NCBI RefSeq assembly: GCF_058153355.1
Contig: NZ_CM177019.1
Direction: 5' to 3' (one strand)
DNA length: 64,000 nucleotides
Within the stretch, counting starts at the first letter, position 1. Each line of letters begins with the position of its first letter. The position numbers and the translations under genes were made by a program. Below are positions 57,470 to 64,000 of the stretch, piece by piece. The notes below the pieces were generated by a model. It was not told where the DNA came from and ran no database searches. It worked only from the letters and a program-made list of their open reading frames with translations.

Positions 57470-58186
57470 ATGAGATACGTTATCTTATTAATACTATGGA
57501 TAATAACTACTTTTCTTAGTCATCTTCAGCACAGCAACCTACTGTCTGGAGATCCTGGCATGGTTGGCGAGTATATCGGTTCAGTATTTCTGGGGCCGTT
57601 GTTACTTCCCGTGCTTGTGTCAGGTATTCTGTGCGCATTTATTAAAAAAAAACGTAACTTCGCCAGTTTTACTCGCGGGTGCTGTTGGGTATTGGGAATC
57701 CTGCTTTTATCCAAAGTCGGCAATACGTTTCGTATGTTTACCCCGTGGCAATATACCTTTGAGAATGCTGCGATAACCGTGACTATCCCGAACCGACACT
57801 GGAATACGGTTTCCATCAGTACTAATAAAACCATTGATATAAGAAGTGAGGATAATAGCGTCTTCATTTCTGCTTTCCGCCTGCCCGCAGGACGTAGCGC
57901 CGATGACCCGCTGGAAGCGTTAAAGAAGAAGCAGCGAGACAATCTCAAGGATCAATACAATGAGGAAGCCTTCCAGTTTCATGATTGTAATGCCAAACAT
58001 TTCACCTGTAAGTATCAGGATGTGTTGATAAATTTTGATGGTCAGCAGAAAAGAACCATCAGTGTTTATCTTGAAGACACCCCCAGGGCTGTGGGGATCA
58101 TTGCATTAATGGCGCCAGATACGGCAGATAAATATCGCCAACAGGCGATGGAGATTATGCTTTCCGCTAAAAATGCAGTGAAGTAA
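57470..58186 (+). CDS. hypothetical small membrane protein (2-3 N-terminal TM helices plus soluble C-terminal domain)
   Basis: 238-aa ORF, AT-rich by eye, preceded by a 215-bp AT-rich region; hydrophobic segments VILLILWIITTFL, VFLGPLLLPVLVSGILCAFI, CCWVLGILLL; no recognisable family; lies between the rraA and zapB terminators. Confidence 0.6.
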   Translation: MRYVILLILWIITTFLSHLQHSNLLSGDPGMVGEYIGSVFLGPLLLPVLVSGILCAFIKKKRNFASFTRGCCWVLGILLLSKVGNTFRMFTPWQYTFENAAITVTIPNRHWNTVSISTNKTIDIRSEDNSVFISAFRLPAGRSADDPLEALKKKQRDNLKDQYNEEAFQFHDCNAKHFTCKYQDVLINFDGQQKRTISVYLEDTPRAVGIIALMAPDTADKYRQQAMEIMLSAKNAVK

Positions 58187-58192
58187 AAAATA

Positions 58193-58210
58193 AGGCGCCT
58201 TGCGGCGCCT
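58193..58210 (-). terminator. intrinsic terminator of zapB (minus strand)
   Basis: aggcgccttgcggcgcct hairpin; on the minus strand it is followed by ttatttttt. Confidence 0.7.
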
Positions 58211-58224
58211 CTGCGTGGAAGAGA

Positions 58225-58518
<294 letters not shown>

Positions 58519-58739
58519 TTACCGGTGACGCCTTAATAAATACGAGCGCACTTTAGTTAGCTCCGATTGTATGAAGCCGCGCCATCGCTGTCCAGCGGCA
58601 CGCCTTGCAGATTACGGTTTGCCACACTTTTCATCCTTCTCCTGGAGACATAATCCACGCAAATCGAAAATGTTAATAAATTTGTTGCGCGAATGATCTA
58701 ACAAACATGCATCATGTACAACCAGATGGAATAAATGGC

Positions 58740-58840
58740 GCGATAACGCTCATTTTATGACGAAGCACACACATTTTAAGTTCGATATTTCTCGTTTTTG
58801 CTCGTTAACGATAAGTTTACAGCATGCCTACAAGCATCGT
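58740..58840. promoter_or_regulatory. glpFKX promoter region with probable GlpR operator and CRP site
   Basis: Repeated TCGAT/TCGTT-AACGA half-site-like sequences (ttcgatatttctcgtttttgctcgttaacgataag) and a TGTGT-N6-CGTCA-like element upstream of glpF; assignment by consensus recall only. Confidence 0.4.
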
Positions 58841-58894
58841 GGAGGTCCGTGACTTTCACGCATACAACAAACATTAACTCTTCAGGATCCGATT

Positions 58895-61271
<2,377 letters not shown>

Positions 61272-61306
61272 TATCAGGCATCTGAACCAATTGCCTGATA
61301 CTGATC

Positions 61307-61395
61307 GCCTGATGCGACGCTTACGCGTCTTATCAGGCCTACGAGCCGATGCCATTTTGTGTAGGCCGGATAAGGCGTTCACGCCGCATCCGGCA
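61307..61395. repeat. REP/BIME repeat pair
   Basis: gcctgatgcgacgcttacgcgtcttatcaggcctac and tgtaggccggataaggcgttcacgccgcatccggca in opposite orientations. Confidence 0.8.
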
Positions 61396-61501
61396 TGTCG
61401 TAGACTCTAAAATCGTGCGGGGGCAACCCCCGCACACATCAATAATCCTGCCCTTCCCCTGTGCTACACTTCGCGCCATTCCTTACTGCTTAGAGTTTGC
61501 T

Positions 61502-62512
61502 ATGAGACGAGAACTTGCCATCGAATTTTCCCGCGTCACCGAATCTGCGGCGCTGGCTGGCTACAAATGGTTAGGACGCGGCGATAAAAACACCGCGGAC
61601 GGCGCAGCGGTTAACGCCATGCGCATTATGCTCAACCAGGTCAACATTGACGGTACCATCGTCATTGGTGAAGGTGAAATCGACGAAGCGCCGATGCTCT
61701 ACATTGGTGAAAAAGTCGGTACCGGTCGCGGCGATGCGGTAGATATTGCTGTTGATCCGATTGAAGGCACGCGCATGACGGCGATGGGCCAGGCTAACGC
61801 GCTGGCGGTGCTGGCAGTAGGCGATAAAGGCTGCTTCCTCAACGCGCCGGATATGTATATGGAGAAGCTGATCGTCGGACCGGGAGCGAAAGGCGTCATT
61901 GATCTGAACCTGCCGCTGGCGGATAACCTGCGCAATGTTGCGGCGGCGCTCGGCAAACCGTTAAGCGAACTGACGGTAACGATTCTGGCGAAACCACGCC
62001 ACGATGCTGTTATCGCAGAAATGCAGCAACTCGGCGTGCGCGTATTTGCTATTCCGGATGGCGATGTGGCAGCCTCAATTCTCACCTGTATGCCAGACAG
62101 CGAAGTTGACGTGCTGTACGGTATTGGTGGCGCGCCGGAAGGCGTGGTTTCTGCGGCGGTGATCCGCGCATTAGATGGTGACATGAACGGTCGTCTGCTG
62201 GCACGTCATGACGTCAAAGGCGACAACGAAGAAAATCGCCGCATTGGCGAGCAGGAGCTGGCGCGCTGCAAAGCGATGGGCATCGAAGCCGGTAAAGTAT
62301 TGCGTCTGGGCGATATGGCACGCAGCGATAACGTTATCTTCTCTGCCACCGGTATTACCAAAGGCGATCTGCTGGAAGGTATTAGCCGCAAAGGCAATAT
62401 CGCCACCACCGAAACACTGCTGATCCGCGGTAAATCACGCACCATTCGTCGCATTCAATCCATCCACTATCTGGATCGTAAAGACCCGGAAATGCAGGTG
62501 CACATTCTCTGA
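61502..62512 (+). CDS. glpX: fructose-1,6-bisphosphatase class II
   Basis: ORF 61349..62512; MRRELAIEFSRVTESAALAGYKWLGRGDKNTADGAAVNAMR onward (336 aa). Confidence 0.96.
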   Translation: MRRELAIEFSRVTESAALAGYKWLGRGDKNTADGAAVNAMRIMLNQVNIDGTIVIGEGEIDEAPMLYIGEKVGTGRGDAVDIAVDPIEGTRMTAMGQANALAVLAVGDKGCFLNAPDMYMEKLIVGPGAKGVIDLNLPLADNLRNVAAALGKPLSELTVTILAKPRHDAVIAEMQQLGVRVFAIPDGDVAASILTCMPDSEVDVLYGIGGAPEGVVSAAVIRALDGDMNGRLLARHDVKGDNEENRRIGEQELARCKAMGIEAGKVLRLGDMARSDNVIFSATGITKGDLLEGISRKGNIATTETLLIRGKSRTIRRIQSIHYLDRKDPEMQVHIL

Positions 62513-62534
62513 GTGATTTGATCGATTGAGCCTT

Positions 62535-62561
62535 CCAGTCCTTCGGGACTGGAATTTTTTT
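62535..62561 (+). terminator. intrinsic terminator after glpX
   Basis: ccagtccttcgggactgg followed by aattttttt. Confidence 0.8.
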
Positions 62562-62608
62562 GTTCGGAGAACGAAGATAAGGCAAGTCAATCAAAACAGG
62601 AGAAAAAC

Positions 62609-63355
62609 ATGGCTGATTGGGTAACAGGCAAAGTCACTAAAGTGCAGAACTGGACCGACGCCCTGTTTAGTCTCACCGTTCACGCTCCCGTGCTTCCATT
62701 TACTGCCGGGCAATTCACCAAACTAGGCCTTGAAATTGACGGCGAACGCGTCCAGCGTGCCTATTCCTACGTTAACTCTCCTGATAATCCCGATCTGGAG
62801 TTTTACCTGGTGACCGTCCCCGATGGAAAATTAAGCCCACGATTAGCGGCACTGAAACCGGGCGATGAAGTACAGGTGGTTAGCGAAGCAGCTGGCTTCT
62901 TTGTGCTGGATGAGGTCCCTGACTGCGAAACACTGTGGATGCTGGCAACCGGTACAGCGATTGGCCCTTATTTATCAATTCTGCAACGGGGCAAAGATTT
63001 AGATCGCTTCAAAAATCTGGTTCTGGTTCACGCCGCACGTTATGCCGCCGACTTAAGTTATCTGCCACTGATGCAAGAACTGGAAAAACGCTACGAAGGG
63101 AAACTGCGCATTCAGACGGTGGTCAGTCGGGAAACGGCGGCGGGTTCGCTCACCGGGCGAATACCGGCGTTAATTGAAAGTGGTGAACTGGAAAGTGCGG
63201 TGGGCTTGCCGATGGATAAAGAAACCAGCCATGTGATGCTGTGCGGCAATCCACAGATGGTTCGCGATACGCAACAGTTGCTAAAAGAAACCCGGCAGAT
63301 GACGAAACATTTACGTCGTCGACCGGGCCATATGACAGCGGAGCATTACTGGTAA
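62609..63355 (+). CDS. fpr: ferredoxin/flavodoxin-NADP(+) reductase
   Basis: 248-aa ORF MADWVTGKVTKVQNWTDALFSLTVHAPVLPFTAGQFTKLGLEIDGERVQRAYSYVN. Confidence 0.96.
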   Translation: MADWVTGKVTKVQNWTDALFSLTVHAPVLPFTAGQFTKLGLEIDGERVQRAYSYVNSPDNPDLEFYLVTVPDGKLSPRLAALKPGDEVQVVSEAAGFFVLDEVPDCETLWMLATGTAIGPYLSILQRGKDLDRFKNLVLVHAARYAADLSYLPLMQELEKRYEGKLRIQTVVSRETAAGSLTGRIPALIESGELESAVGLPMDKETSHVMLCGNPQMVRDTQQLLKETRQMTKHLRRRPGHMTAEHYW

Positions 63356-63359
63356 GCGG

Positions 63360-63788
63360 TTACTTGTCGATAAACGGCACGATGAGCAGATCCGCTTTCA
63401 ACTTATTGATCATCCCGCGGTATGCCGGCATCAAACGGTTGATAAATGAGTGGTGATGACCACAGACAAGGAGGTCGCACTGCTCTTGTTGCATAATATC
63501 CAGCAGTGTTTCCGGCATTTCCCCACGTTCAATACGCAGTTTTGTCTTCGGCCATTGAATATTTTTCGTCAGTTTATACAGCTTGTTATCCGACTTATTC
63601 TTCAACAATTGAAGAATATCCTCTGTTGCAGGGAAGTAGATACCCGGATACAACTCGCTTAAGCCATCATCAATATGAATTAACGTCAGGTGAGCGTCAT
63701 TATGTCTGGCGAGCTCCAGGGCTTTATTCACCAGTAAGGCATCTTCTTCATTCCCGGAAATTGCCACGCCAATGTGTTTATAAGCCAT
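63360..63788 (-). CDS. uspD: universal stress protein D
   Basis: 142-aa [45 protein letters not shown]. Confidence 0.93.
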   Translation of the reverse strand: MAYKHIGVAISGNEEDALLVNKALELARHNDAHLTLIHIDDGLSELYPGIYFPATEDILQLLKNKSDNKLYKLTKNIQWPKTKLRIERGEMPETLLDIMQQEQCDLLVCGHHHSFINRLMPAYRGMINKLKADLLIVPFIDK

Positions 63789-63814
63789 GTTTAACTCCTT
63801 CTAAAGCAACTCCA

Positions 63815-64000
63815 TCAAGCTAACGAACGCAGTGATAACTCAAAAATAATCATCTCGGCCTGGCATGAGAAGGTGAAGGCCGCATCAAGCTCAACTTGCC
63901 CCTCCAGATCCTTAATCTTATAGGCCACGCTGGCCCCTTCATCCGCAGAGGATGCAGCGGCGGCAAGCTCTTTCAGTTTAGTCATAAAGGACTCTGCTTC
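63815..64000 (-). CDS. small protein upstream of uspD, probably yiiS-like; possibly truncated at the window edge
   Basis: Manual minus-strand translation from the ATG at about 63985 gives [56 protein letters not shown] then stop near 63815; the true start may lie beyond the window; not in the ORF track. Confidence 0.4.
   Translation of the reverse strand, partial: EAESFMTKLKELAAAASSADEGASVAYKIKDLEGQVELDAAFTFSCQAEMIIFELSLRSLA

Overview
This window is an Escherichia coli (or very close relative) chromosomal segment matching, from memory, the K-12 interval sthA-oxyR-argHBC/argE-ppc-eptC-yijO-frw/pfl-ptsA-fsaB-gldA-yijFE-katG-metF-metLBJ-yiiX-rpmE-priA-cytR-ftsN-hslVU-menA-rraA-zapB-glpFKX-fpr-uspD, read in reverse orientation relative to K-12 numbering. 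All calls rest on reading the supplied ORF translations and the raw sequence by eye; no searches or computations were run, and site coordinates may be off by a few bases. Most of the window is ordinary core genome with the small RNA oxyS, REP/BIME repeats, MetJ and ArgR boxes, a sigma-32 promoter and several intrinsic terminators. Three segments appear absent from the K-12 arrangement as I recall it. The main one is a roughly 12.9 kb island between metF and metL (31063-43924) with nine genes and no mobility genes: an AT-rich FGE-sulfatase-like protein, a GC-rich module of a MocR-type regulator with an alanine-racemase-family enzyme and an extra SHMT paralog, three paralogous secreted 5'-nucleotidase-family proteins, a Cys-rich zinc-ribbon protein, and a Tsx-like outer-membrane channel. 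This island is the best candidate for an undescribed system, most plausibly periplasmic nucleotide processing plus an unusual PLP-dependent amino-acid module, but its function is inference only. The second is a two-gene insertion between oxyS and argH (an ACS-family MFS transporter and a ManD/RspA-like enolase-superfamily dehydratase). The third is a single AT-rich gene for a small membrane protein sitting between the rraA and zapB terminators. No rRNA, tRNA, CRISPR array, IS element or prophage was seen.
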